A stretch of 16,991 nucleotides of DNA from a virus. Lineage: Duplodnaviria > Heunggongvirae > Uroviricota > Caudoviricetes. Shown here piece after piece: positions 6,598-14,887 of the stretch. The translations under genes were made by a program, and so were the position numbers. Position 1 is the stretch's first letter. Every line of letters starts with the position of its first letter. The stretch lies in IMG/VR virus record IMGVR_UViG_2703718832_000008, positions 1 to 16,991 of that record. The stretch is one strand, 5' to 3'. The notes under the pieces were generated by a model. That model was not told the DNA's origin. It did no database searches and saw only the letters and a list, made by a program, of their open reading frames with translations.

Positions 6598-9284
6598 GCC
6601 GCGCAATTGAGATTATCCGTGAAGTTAAGCGCCGAGCTGCCGGAAGCTGGGAAAGCCTACTTCCTCAGTGCGGGGTGACGGTTCCGCCGAAAGGCCGTCA
6701 CGGCCCATGCGCCATCTGTGGTGGATCTGACCGATTTCACTACATTGACGACCACGGCGGCGGCGAGTGGCATTGTCGCCAGTGTGACGAGCCAAATCAC
6801 GGCGACGGTCTGGATCTCATTGCCAGATCTCAGGGCATTACCATAACCGCTGCGGCGCAGAAAGTATCCTCTGTGCTGGGTGTTGATGCCCGGACACCGG
6901 AACCGAAGCCAGCCAGAGAGAAGCCTCAGACGGATATCGCCGGGAAAGTTGCGGCGCTGGTTGCTAAAGCCTCTCCGGGGCAGTCTGCTTACCTTGCATC
7001 AAAGGGGCTTCAATGCCCCTTCCCGATGCTGTCCGATGGGTCGCTGCTGCTGGTGCTGAAAAACGGTGCTGGCGCGACGACAGGCGCACAGGTGATTAAG
7101 CCAGATGGCAGTAAGCGGCTGGTGGCCGGAACGGTAAAGAAAGGCTCTTTTTGCGTGGTTAATTCCGGTGAAACGCCGGAGACGGTGATTATCGCCGAAG
7201 GACTGGCAACGGCGCTTTCGGTTCAGCAGTTTCGCCCAGATGCGACAATTATCACAGCGATTGACGCCGGGAATTTGCTGTCAGTTGCGCAGGTGATGCG
7301 ACAGCGTTACCCGGATGCGCAGATCATCATCGCCGCAGATAACGATATTAAGCCTGGCGAACCAAACACGGGTAAATCAGCCGCAGAAAAAACCGCTAAA
7401 GCTGTCTCTGGCTGGGTAGCTTTACCTCAGTCTGAGGAAAAGGCCGACTGGAATGATTTTCACCAGCAACACGGGCTGGAAGCAGCCGCAGCAGCATTTA
7501 ATGATTCGATGTACCAGCCGGAGGGCGAAAAGGTGGTGGTAAAACTTAAGTCTATTGACGGCGGTAAAAAAGAGCAAAAATCAGCTCTGCAAGGTGACGA
7601 ACTGAAACCACGCGTGGAGAGCCGTAACGATGGCTTGTACTGGATTACGCCAAAGGTGGACAAGGACAGCGGAGAAATCATCAATAACGAAGCGTGGCTT
7701 TGTTCGCCTCTTGAGGTAGTTGGTTCAGGTAGTGACGGGGCAGAACGCTATCTTGTTTTGCGCTGGCGTTCGCCGCGTGGCCACGAAGATATTACCAGGG
7801 CGATCCCTTGCGCTGATGTTGGAGAGCGTGAGGGATGGCGCTCACTTAAAGCTGGAGGGGTTAACGTGACCACTAAAAACACCTTTCGTGCCATTCTGGC
7901 CGATTGGCTGCAGCAGTGTGGATCTGGTCAGGAATGGATTATCACTCATACCACTGGCTGGCATAATGGGGCATATATCATGCCTGATGGCGAAGTTATT
8001 GGTGATCCAGAGACACCCATTCTCTTTAATGGTCGCAGCGCTGCATCTTCCGGTTATGCCGTTTCTGGTACGGCTGAGGGCTGGCGGGATTCAGTGGCTT
8101 ATCTGGCCGGTGGCAACCCATCAATGATGCTGGGAGTGGCGGCGGCATTATCCGCGCCGCTTATTGGGCTGGTGGGTGCTGATGGTTTCGGTGTCCACTT
8201 GTTCGAGCAGTCGAGCGCCGGTAAGACCACTACAGCTAATATTGCGAGCAGTCTGTGGGGAGAGCCGGATGCTCTGCGCCTAACGTGGTACGGTACTGCG
8301 CTTGGTATCGCTAACGAAGCGGAGGCGCATAACGACAGTCTGTTACCGCTGGATGAAGTGGGGCAGGGGAGCAGCGCCAAAGACGTTGCCACTTCGGCAT
8401 ACACCTTGTTTAACGGTGCTGGAAAGCTGCAGGGAGCCAAAGAGGGCGGCAATCGGGAGTTGAAACGTTGGCGCACTGTAGCAATCAGTACCGGGGAAAT
8501 GGATATCGAGACGTTTCTTTCTGCTGGTGGGCTAAAAGTTAAGGCAGGCCAGTTGGTTCGCCTGCTGAATATCCCTATGGAGAAATCGACGGCCTTTCAT
8601 GGCCTGCAGAACGGCAAGGCTCATGCTGATGCACTGAAGCAGGCATGGATTGAAAATCACGGTGCAGCGGGCCGAGAGTGGGTTAAATGGTTGGCGGCTC
8701 ACCAGAAGGAAGCTAAACAGGCCGTACATGACGCCCAGACGCGCTGGCGCGGACTCATTCCGGCTGATTATGGCGAGCAGGTGCACCGCGTGGCAGAACG
8801 CTTTGCAATCCTTGAAGCTGCGCTGGTGACTGGTGCATCAATCACCGGATGGGATGAACAGGCCAGCCGTGATGCTATCCAGCATAGCTTTAATGCCTGG
8901 GTGAAAGAGTTCGGAACGGGAAATAAAGAGCACCAGCAGATCATCGAGCAGTGCGAGGCGTTTCTTAATGCTTATGGTCTGAGCCGGTTCGCCCCTTTGC
9001 CTTATGATCCTGCAAGCCTGCCAATCAGTAATCTTGCCGGGTATCGTAAGCGTAAGAGCAACCATGATGATGCGCCCATGGTGTTCTATACATTCCCTGC
9101 AACGTTTGAGAAGGAGATAGCGCAGGGATTTAATGCTAGGCAGTTTGCCCGTGCGCTTGCCGCTGCCGGTTTGCTCTCTGAGCCATCAAGTGGGAGAGGA
9201 TATCAACAGAAATCACCGCGAATTGATGGGCGCCAAATCAACGTTTATGTACTTCAACAAGTTGCAGAAGAAGGGGCGGAATAA
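6594..9284 (+). CDS. Primase-helicase (zinc-ribbon + TOPRIM primase + P-loop NTPase domains)
   Basis: 896 aa. N-terminal Cys/His cluster (CAICGG...HCRQC); TOPRIM-like IIAEGLATALS and IIAADND; Walker A SSAGKTT and Walker B-like LLPLDEV in the C-terminal half. Sits immediately upstream of the iteron origin. Confidence 0.9.
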   Translation: MSRAIEIIREVKRRAAGSWESLLPQCGVTVPPKGRHGPCAICGGSDRFHYIDDHGGGEWHCRQCDEPNHGDGLDLIARSQGITITAAAQKVSSVLGVDARTPEPKPAREKPQTDIAGKVAALVAKASPGQSAYLASKGLQCPFPMLSDGSLLLVLKNGAGATTGAQVIKPDGSKRLVAGTVKKGSFCVVNSGETPETVIIAEGLATALSVQQFRPDATIITAIDAGNLLSVAQVMRQRYPDAQIIIAADNDIKPGEPNTGKSAAEKTAKAVSGWVALPQSEEKADWNDFHQQHGLEAAAAAFNDSMYQPEGEKVVVKLKSIDGGKKEQKSALQGDELKPRVESRNDGLYWITPKVDKDSGEIINNEAWLCSPLEVVGSGSDGAERYLVLRWRSPRGHEDITRAIPCADVGEREGWRSLKAGGVNVTTKNTFRAILADWLQQCGSGQEWIITHTTGWHNGAYIMPDGEVIGDPETPILFNGRSAASSGYAVSGTAEGWRDSVAYLAGGNPSMMLGVAAALSAPLIGLVGADGFGVHLFEQSSAGKTTTANIASSLWGEPDALRLTWYGTALGIANEAEAHNDSLLPLDEVGQGSSAKDVATSAYTLFNGAGKLQGAKEGGNRELKRWRTVAISTGEMDIETFLSAGGLKVKAGQLVRLLNIPMEKSTAFHGLQNGKAHADALKQAWIENHGAAGREWVKWLAAHQKEAKQAVHDAQTRWRGLIPADYGEQVHRVAERFAILEAALVTGASITGWDEQASRDAIQHSFNAWVKEFGTGNKEHQQIIEQCEAFLNAYGLSRFAPLPYDPASLPISNLAGYRKRKSNHDDAPMVFYTFPATFEKEIAQGFNARQFARALAAAGLLSEPSSGRGYQQKSPRIDGRQINVYVLQQVAEEGAE

Positions 9285-9308
9285 AATACACATGTGAGGA
9301 TTGTTATT

Positions 9309-9601
9309 GTTGGTTCAGTTGGTTCAATGATTGTTAATTACATTCATGTTACTGTTTTACATAGGGTTTATGTCTAATAATTGAACCAACACTGAACCAA
9401 CAAACGGCTATTTTGAACCAACATGTTCCGCTATTGAACCAACCCCCTTTTCTGGCTGGCCTGTAAATATTTGCCACTGAACCAACATAAAAATAGCATT
9501 TGTTGGTTCAAAAAGGGGCTTTGTTAGTTCACTTAATGAAAATAATGCCTTTAAAAACAATAATCTTTACAAATTGAACCAACTGAACTGACTGAACCAA
9601 C
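9309..9601. repeat. Replication origin: iteron array of TGAACCAAC (about 7 direct and 3 inverted copies) plus AT-rich stretch
   Basis: Direct copies at 9382-9390, 9393-9401, 9414-9422, 9435-9443, 9478-9486, 9575-9583 and 9593-9601; inverted copies GTTGGTTCA at 9310-9318, 9319-9327 and 9502-9510; AT-rich segment 9538-9573. Located directly downstream of the primase-helicase gene. Confidence 0.75.
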
Positions 9602-9638
9602 ATAGTTTTGCATCTATACACAAAAAATAGAGGATGTT

Positions 9639-9941
9639 ATGGACAAAAAAAGCAGTGATGACCTGGTATATTCGAAGGTGCTGATCCAGAAAGTGGTTGA
9701 GCACAAAGATATGTTTGGGGTTCCAGACAGCAAAACGGATTTGCAGCTTATGCCGCTTAGCGAATACCGGGAACTGGTGAAGCGAGAAGCTTTCTTTTTT
9801 GTGGATCACAATGGTTTCCTGCGCCATCAATTTTCTGGTGATGTTATGGCTGCCAGCAAAGAACAACTGGATATCCTTATCGGCGAATTGAAAGCGAAGC
9901 GTGAGCTGCTTGATGATGCTCTGGATTGCGCTAAGGAATAA
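9639..9941 (+). CDS. Hypothetical protein (100 aa) downstream of the origin
   Basis: ORF with GAGGA-like ribosome-binding site; acidic, helical-looking C-terminus; no recognisable family by eye. Confidence 0.5.
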   Translation: MDKKSSDDLVYSKVLIQKVVEHKDMFGVPDSKTDLQLMPLSEYRELVKREAFFFVDHNGFLRHQFSGDVMAASKEQLDILIGELKAKRELLDDALDCAKE

Positions 9942-9978
9942 TTTTGTAAATTATTTGTACTCATGTTTACCCGTGATT

Positions 9979-10003
9979 ACCCCTGTCTCTGATGGGGGTT
10001 TTC
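9979..10003 (+). terminator. Weak intrinsic terminator candidate
   Basis: CCCC/GGGG stem with 10-nt loop followed by TTTTCTTT, about 40 nt after the preceding stop codon. Confidence 0.3.
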
Positions 10004-10173
10004 TTTATATTTTTCATGTATATCTTGAAGAGTGGCACTCAGACGTGAGCCGCCACTGGCCGTTAAGTCAAGCTGTAGCGAGTACAGCCTGCGAGAGGCA
10101 GAAAAAGATTTAACGGCCTCCCCTCCAAGCGCTGGTTTCACGTCTCTACGTTAATTGATACGGAAACCACTCC

Positions 10174-11340
10174 ATGAAGAAACTACTCGAATTACGCCAG
10201 CAGAAAGCCGCACTCAAAACACAGATGCGTTCCATGCTGGACAAAGCCGACACCGAAAAGCGCAGCCTGAACGAAGAAGAGGGCAAAAAGTTCGACGAAC
10301 TCCGCGCCCAGGCTGATGCGCTTGAAGTTGAAATCACCCGCCTTGAAGCCGTCGCCGACGATCAGCGCAATCTGCCTGGTACTTCCGTCGAAGGTGAGCC
10401 AGTAAGCAACGACGAGCTGCGCCACTACATCATGACAGGTGATACCCGTTCTCTCTCCACGCTGGTGCAGGCTGACGGCGGTTATACCGTTATCCCTGAG
10501 CTGGACAAAGAGATTATGCGCCAGTTGCAGGATGATAGCGTGATGCGTTCCATCGCAACGGTGAAGACCACCAAAACCAACGAATACCAGAAGCTGGTAT
10601 CTGTGGGCGGCACTACTGTTAATCGTGGTACCGAAGGTGAGGCACGTACCGAAACCAGTACGCCGAAGATGGAGCGCGTTGATATCAAACTCAACCCGAT
10701 CTACGCCTACCCGAAAACCACTCAGGAGATTCTCGACTTCTCTGAGGTGGACATTCTGGGCTGGCTGTCTTCTGAAATCGCCGACACCTTCACCGCTACC
10801 GAAGAGAGCGACTTTGTGAACGGCGACGGTGATAAAAAATCCAAAGGGTTCCTGTCTTACCCTCGCGCTGTCACTGCCGACAAAACCCGTCCGTTCGGTA
10901 CGCTGGAGAAGATGGAGGCGGCTGACGTTTCCTCTGATGGCCTGATCGACCTGCTGTATAAGCTGAAAGCCAAATACCGCAAAAACGCCGTATGGGTGAT
11001 GAACTCCAACACCGCCGCCAAACTGCAAAAGCTGAAAAACGGCAACGGAGATTACATCTGGCGCGATCGTCTGGTTGCCGGTTCTCCCGATACGCTGCTG
11101 GGCCGTCCTGTTCAGTATCTGGAAACCATGCCGGATGCGGATGCAGGTAAAGCGTTCCTCGCGGTAGGCGACTTCAAGCGCGGCTATTTCATCGTGGATC
11201 ACACCACTGGCGTGCGTACCCGTCCTGACAACATCACCGAACCGGGTTTCTACAAGGTGCATACCGATAAGTACCTGGGCGGCGGTGTGGTGGACTCCAA
11301 CGCCATCAAGGTGCTTGAGCTTTCAGGCTCCGGTTCCTGA
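10174..11340 (+). CDS. Major capsid protein, HK97 fold, with N-terminal coiled-coil (delta/scaffold-like) domain
   Basis: 388 aa; N-terminal roughly 100 residues are charged and coiled-coil-like, the remainder resembles HK97-family major capsid proteins; the long antisense ORF 10192..11262 is a shadow. Confidence 0.92.
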   Translation: MKKLLELRQQKAALKTQMRSMLDKADTEKRSLNEEEGKKFDELRAQADALEVEITRLEAVADDQRNLPGTSVEGEPVSNDELRHYIMTGDTRSLSTLVQADGGYTVIPELDKEIMRQLQDDSVMRSIATVKTTKTNEYQKLVSVGGTTVNRGTEGEARTETSTPKMERVDIKLNPIYAYPKTTQEILDFSEVDILGWLSSEIADTFTATEESDFVNGDGDKKSKGFLSYPRAVTADKTRPFGTLEKMEAADVSSDGLIDLLYKLKAKYRKNAVWVMNSNTAAKLQKLKNGNGDYIWRDRLVAGSPDTLLGRPVQYLETMPDADAGKAFLAVGDFKRGYFIVDHTTGVRTRPDNITEPGFYKVHTDKYLGGGVVDSNAIKVLELSGSGS

Positions 11341-11350
11341 TTTGACGTTT

Positions 11351-11372
11351 AAGGGGCTGCGGCCCCTTTTTG
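11351..11372 (+). terminator. Intrinsic terminator/attenuator immediately after the capsid gene
   Basis: GC-rich hairpin AAGGGGC-TGCG-GCCCCTT followed by a T-run, 10 nt after the capsid stop and 20 nt before the protease start. Confidence 0.6.
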
Positions 11373-11391
11373 CCCTCTGTGGAGTCCAGTA

Positions 11392-11952
11392 ATGAAAACA
11401 ATTGATTTTGAAATCCGTACTTCCGAAGTGAGCGCCAGCAACAAAAAGCTGGTGGGCTATGCCGTGCGCTGGAACAGCCTGTCAGAAGTTATCTGGGATG
11501 AGTTCCGCGAACAGTTTGCGCCGGGAGCGTTTAAAGACAGCCTGGCATCCGGTAGCGATGTGCGTGCGCTGTATGAGCATAACTATACCCAGCTGCTGGG
11601 CCGCACTAAATCCGGCACGCTGGTGCTGTCCGAAGACGATACCGGGCTGCGCTTCGAGCTGACTCCGCCGAATACCCAGCTTGGCAACGATGTGCTGGAG
11701 CTGGTGGAGCGCGGGGATATCTCCGGCATGAGCTTTGGTTTCCGGGCGCTGAAAGAGGCGTGGGATATTGCTCAGTCTCCATATCTGCGCACTGTTACCG
11801 CTGCCGAACTGCGGGAGATTACCGTTACCTCTATGCCTGCTTATCCTGAGTCTGGCGTGGAAATCGCGCACCGTTCGCTTTTCTCCCAACATCCTGAACT
11901 GCGCCGCGCTGGCGATAACCGTCGCCGCTGGGCTGATTTAGCGGGGCTCTGA
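11392..11952 (+). CDS. Prohead protease, HK97 family
   Basis: 186 aa; resembles HK97-family prohead proteases (segments ALYEHN...LLGRT and LRFEL); GGAG ribosome-binding site. Confidence 0.9.
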   Translation: MKTIDFEIRTSEVSASNKKLVGYAVRWNSLSEVIWDEFREQFAPGAFKDSLASGSDVRALYEHNYTQLLGRTKSGTLVLSEDDTGLRFELTPPNTQLGNDVLELVERGDISGMSFGFRALKEAWDIAQSPYLRTVTAAELREITVTSMPAYPESGVEIAHRSLFSQHPELRRAGDNRRRWADLAGL

Positions 11953-11953
11953 T

Positions 11954-13189
11954 ATGTGGAATATCTGGCCGTTTGGCCGTAAGTCTGAACCCTCAGAGCA
12001 GCGCAGCATGACCATTGATGAATTTCTGGCGATGGCAGGGATTCCAAATACCGGATCAGGCGAGTATGTGTCTGCGGGTACTGCGGAATCTCTGCCGGCG
12101 GTCATGAACGCCGTATCAGTTATCAGTGAGGCGGTGGCAACAATGCCCTGCTATCTCTACCGCGTCCGTAATGATAATGGTCGTGAGGCGCGAGAATGGC
12201 TGAGTAATCACCCGGTGGATTTTCTCCTGAACGAGCAGCCGAACGACTGCCAGACGCCTTATCAGTTTAAACGCACGATGATGCGCCATTGTCTGCTGAA
12301 TGGTAACGCCTATGCGGTGATCCAGTGGGGCCGCGACGGCCAGCCGCAATCCCTGCACCCGTATGCGCCGGGGGCGGTTGTTCCTGAGCGTATCGGCCAG
12401 CATAAGTACAAATACACCGTTACAGAGCCGTTTACCGGGGCTGTGCGCACCTATCTACAGGAAGAGATTCTGCACCTGCGTTACTCCACCGATGATGGCT
12501 TTCTGGGGCGTTCGCCTATTACTACGTGCCGTGAGGCGCTGGGGTTAGGTCTGGCCCAACAGCGCCACGGTGCCAGCATTATGAAAGATGGCATGATGGC
12601 GGCGGGCGTCGTCACTACTGCTGAATGGCTCGACAGCGTGAAGGGTAAGCAGGCTCTGGACGCACTGGAGCGCTACAAAGGTGCCAGAAATGCCGGGAAA
12701 ACGCCGATCCTTGAAGGTGGCATGGACTACAAGCAGCTTGGCATGAGCAATCAGGATGCCGAATGGCTGGCGTCGCGCCGGTTCTCCATTGAAGACATTG
12801 CCCGCATGTTCAACGTGTCGCCCATCTTCCTGCAGGAATACAGCAACAGCACCTACAGCAATTTCAGCGAAGCGAGCCGCGCCTTTCTCACCATGACCAT
12901 GCGCCCGTGGCTGGCGAACTTCGAGCAACAAATCAAATCTGCTTTGCTGGTGGCCTCTCCGGTTCCGGGAACCCGTTATCAGGTGGAGTTTGACTCTGCT
13001 GACCTTCTCCGTGCCACACCTACCGAGCGTTACGCCACTTATGAGCGAGGCATTAAGAACGGGATCATGAACCCGAACGAAGCCCGTGAGCGCGAGGGGA
13101 TGCCGCCGCGTGAAGGTGGTGACGAATTCAGCCAGGCATGGAAGCAGGAAGTGAAGATCAGCAAAGACGGCAAGGAAGGTGACGCATGA
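11954..13189 (+). CDS. Portal protein, HK97 family
   Basis: 411 aa; start 1 nt after the protease stop; size and sequence character consistent with HK97-type portal proteins. Confidence 0.9.
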   Translation: MWNIWPFGRKSEPSEQRSMTIDEFLAMAGIPNTGSGEYVSAGTAESLPAVMNAVSVISEAVATMPCYLYRVRNDNGREAREWLSNHPVDFLLNEQPNDCQTPYQFKRTMMRHCLLNGNAYAVIQWGRDGQPQSLHPYAPGAVVPERIGQHKYKYTVTEPFTGAVRTYLQEEILHLRYSTDDGFLGRSPITTCREALGLGLAQQRHGASIMKDGMMAAGVVTTAEWLDSVKGKQALDALERYKGARNAGKTPILEGGMDYKQLGMSNQDAEWLASRRFSIEDIARMFNVSPIFLQEYSNSTYSNFSEASRAFLTMTMRPWLANFEQQIKSALLVASPVPGTRYQVEFDSADLLRATPTERYATYERGIKNGIMNPNEAREREGMPPREGGDEFSQAWKQEVKISKDGKEGDA

Positions 13190-13524
13190 GAGCCGGGGGG
13201 CTGAGAAGCCGCGTCACTATTCGGGTATTCACTACCCACAGGGAGCCGTCCGGTCAGGTTGTTCAGGTCTGGGAAGACGGGGAAACCATATGGGCTGAGG
13301 TTAAGGGGATCAGTGGCCGAGAGTTAATGGCGTCAGGTGCCGAGGTTGCCGAAGCGACGATCCGCGTTTGGGTGCGTTTCCGCCGTGATATTACCGCAGC
13401 CAACCGTCTGAAAGTGCTTACTGGCCCGTTTGCTGGCAGCACTCTCAATATTATCGGGCCTCCTATTCCTGATTCGGAAGGTACCCGGCTGGAAATTCTC
13501 TGCAAGACAGGAACGGAAAAATGA
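13186..13524 (+). CDS. Head closure / head-tail adaptor protein
   Basis: 112 aa; ATGA overlap with the portal gene; resembles phage head-closure proteins and sits in the expected head-completion position. Confidence 0.75.
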   Translation: MRAGGLRSRVTIRVFTTHREPSGQVVQVWEDGETIWAEVKGISGRELMASGAEVAEATIRVWVRFRRDITAANRLKVLTGPFAGSTLNIIGPPIPDSEGTRLEILCKTGTEK

Positions 13525-13814
13525 CAGCAGAAATCACCCTGGAAGAAGCAAAGCTGCATTGCCGTATTGATGATGATTATGAAGACACGCTGATACAGGC
13601 GTACATCGATGCGGCGCTGGAGGTTTGCCAGAAGCATATCGGCAAGCGGTTTGATAACGGGCTGGAGTTTACGCCAGCTATCAAGATTGGCTGTCTGATG
13701 TACGTATCTCAGCTGTACGAGTACCGCACGATGATTGGTGATACCGACGCCAAAGAGATACCGATGGCTGTCTCTGCGTTGTGGTCTGTCTATCGTGATG
13801 TGGGGGTGTACTGA
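13521..13814 (+). CDS. gp6-like head-tail connector protein
   Basis: 97 aa; N-terminus ITLEEAKLHCRIDDDYEDTLIQAYIDAA is the usual signature of gp6-like connector proteins; ATGA overlap upstream. Confidence 0.85.
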   Translation: MTAEITLEEAKLHCRIDDDYEDTLIQAYIDAALEVCQKHIGKRFDNGLEFTPAIKIGCLMYVSQLYEYRTMIGDTDAKEIPMAVSALWSVYRDVGVY

Positions 13815-14257
13815 TGCCGTGGCAACCACTACGCCGGTGCAATGAGCCGGGATGTAATAAACGGGTGAAGTCTGGCAAGTGTGACGAGCATAAGCGGGAT
13901 GCCCGCCGACAAAGCGACAGCCGAAGAGGTACGCGAACAGAGCGTGGTTACTCCAACCGCTGGGGCGAATACCGTCGTCATTTTCTAAAAGCTAATCCGC
14001 TGTGTGTCCATTGTCTCAAGGCTGGCGTCTATGCATCGGCAACTATCGTCGATCACATCATCCCTATCGAGGGTGAAGCTGATGTGCTGTTCTGGCCCGC
14101 CAGTAATCACCAGTCGTTATGCGCTGCCTGTCATGGACGGAAGACAACCACAACAGACCCGGTGACGAAGCAGCAGCGTAAAGCCGGTAAGTTCCGCGAG
14201 CAGGAAGAAGCAGCACGTCATCGCACCGACTGGATCTATGAGGCAAACAATGACTGA
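13814..14257 (+). CDS. HNH endonuclease associated with the terminase
   Basis: 147 aa; Cys-rich N-terminus, HNH motif DHIIPIEGEAD...NHQSLCAACH; located directly upstream of terS as in cos-type HK97-like packaging modules. Confidence 0.9.
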   Translation: MPWQPLRRCNEPGCNKRVKSGKCDEHKRDARRQSDSRRGTRTERGYSNRWGEYRRHFLKANPLCVHCLKAGVYASATIVDHIIPIEGEADVLFWPASNHQSLCAACHGRKTTTTDPVTKQQRKAGKFREQEEAARHRTDWIYEANND

Positions 14258-14402
14258 GCAGGAACAGCAGCGGCTGATTAGTGGGCTGATAAAGCAGCGC
14301 GAGGCATGGCAACCAGCCAGACAGAGAGCGCATAAGAAGCCCGTAGCAAAGCGCATGAGCCAGCGTGACCGGGAGCTTATGGAATGCTTTCGCAACCGCT
14401 GA
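14250..14402 (+). CDS. Possible small basic protein (50 aa); uncertain
   Basis: ATG overlaps the HNH stop by 8 nt; the ORF is below the length cut-off of the supplied track; product is Q/R/K-rich; no supporting motif. Confidence 0.3.
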   Translation: MTEQEQQRLISGLIKQREAWQPARQRAHKKPVAKRMSQRDRELMECFRNR

Positions 14403-14409
14403 CAGGCCG

Positions 14410-14530
14410 AATGGACGGGGTGGGGGAGGTTTTCAGGACAAACCCCTCTCAGCGAGGAACCACCCGCCCCCTCAAATTTTTACGCACGGTGATTTTTTTG
14501 AAAATAAAACAGACAGGAAAACAGTAAGTT
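14410..14530. other. Candidate cos / packaging-recognition region between HNH and terS
   Basis: GC-rich G-tract GGGGTGGGGGAGG (14417-14429) and C-tract CCACCCGCCCCCTC (14460-14473) with partial dyad symmetry, followed by T-runs; cos-type phages with HNH-TerS-TerL place cos here. Confidence 0.4.
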
Positions 14531-14887
14531 ATGGCAAGACCACCCAAACCGCCCGCCTACCTTGATGAAATCGCGGCGCAGCAGTGGAAAGCAAAGGCGA
14601 AGCAGCTGGCGGAGCGCGGTGATCTGACGCCTGCCGACTGGAACAACCTTGAGCTGTATTGCGTCAATTACTCGATGTACCGCAAAGCCGTGGAAGACCT
14701 TGCCACGCGGGGATTCAGCATAGTGAACAGCCAGGGCGGTGAGAGCCGTAACCCGGCACTGAGCGCAAAAGCGGATGCCGAAAAAATTCTCATAAAAATG
14801 TCGTCGCTGCTGGGCTTTGATCCGGTAAGCCGCCGCCGTAATCCGGTAGAAACGGAAGAGGAGGACGAGCTTGACCGTCTGGAATGA
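14531..14887 (+). CDS. terS: Terminase small subunit, P27 family
   Basis: 118 aa; N-terminus MARPPKPPAYLDEIAAQQWK and overall size match P27-family small terminases. Confidence 0.85.
   Translation: MARPPKPPAYLDEIAAQQWKAKAKQLAERGDLTPADWNNLELYCVNYSMYRKAVEDLATRGFSIVNSQGGESRNPALSAKADAEKILIKMSSLLGFDPVSRRRNPVETEEEDELDRLE

Noticed and set aside
7460-8786. Several 74-125 aa ORFs inside the primase-helicase gene on both strands
   Set aside because: All are embedded in a long gene with clear domain motifs; typical shadow ORFs of GC-rich coding DNA.
9309-9601. Possible CRISPR array because of short repeated 9-mers
   Set aside because: Repeats are only 9 bp, irregularly spaced, present in both orientations and not separated by uniform spacers; this is an iteron origin, not CRISPR.
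9567-10113. ORFs 9567..9866 (minus) and 9901..10113 (plus)
   Set aside because: The first runs antisense across the origin and the 100-aa gene; the second overlaps the 100-aa gene's end and the terminator-like hairpin; neither has a ribosome-binding site or motif.
10192-11262. 356-aa ORF antisense to the major capsid gene
   Set aside because: Shadow ORF in GC-rich coding sequence; the plus-strand capsid protein has clear family resemblance and the antisense product has none.
13263-13829. 188-aa ORF antisense to the head closure and connector genes
   Set aside because: Shadow ORF; the plus-strand genes are translationally coupled and recognisable.
14365-14565. 66-aa ORF spanning the HNH-terS intergenic region into terS
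   Set aside because: Gly/Pro-rich junk translation of the GC-rich putative cos region, overlapping the terS start out of frame.
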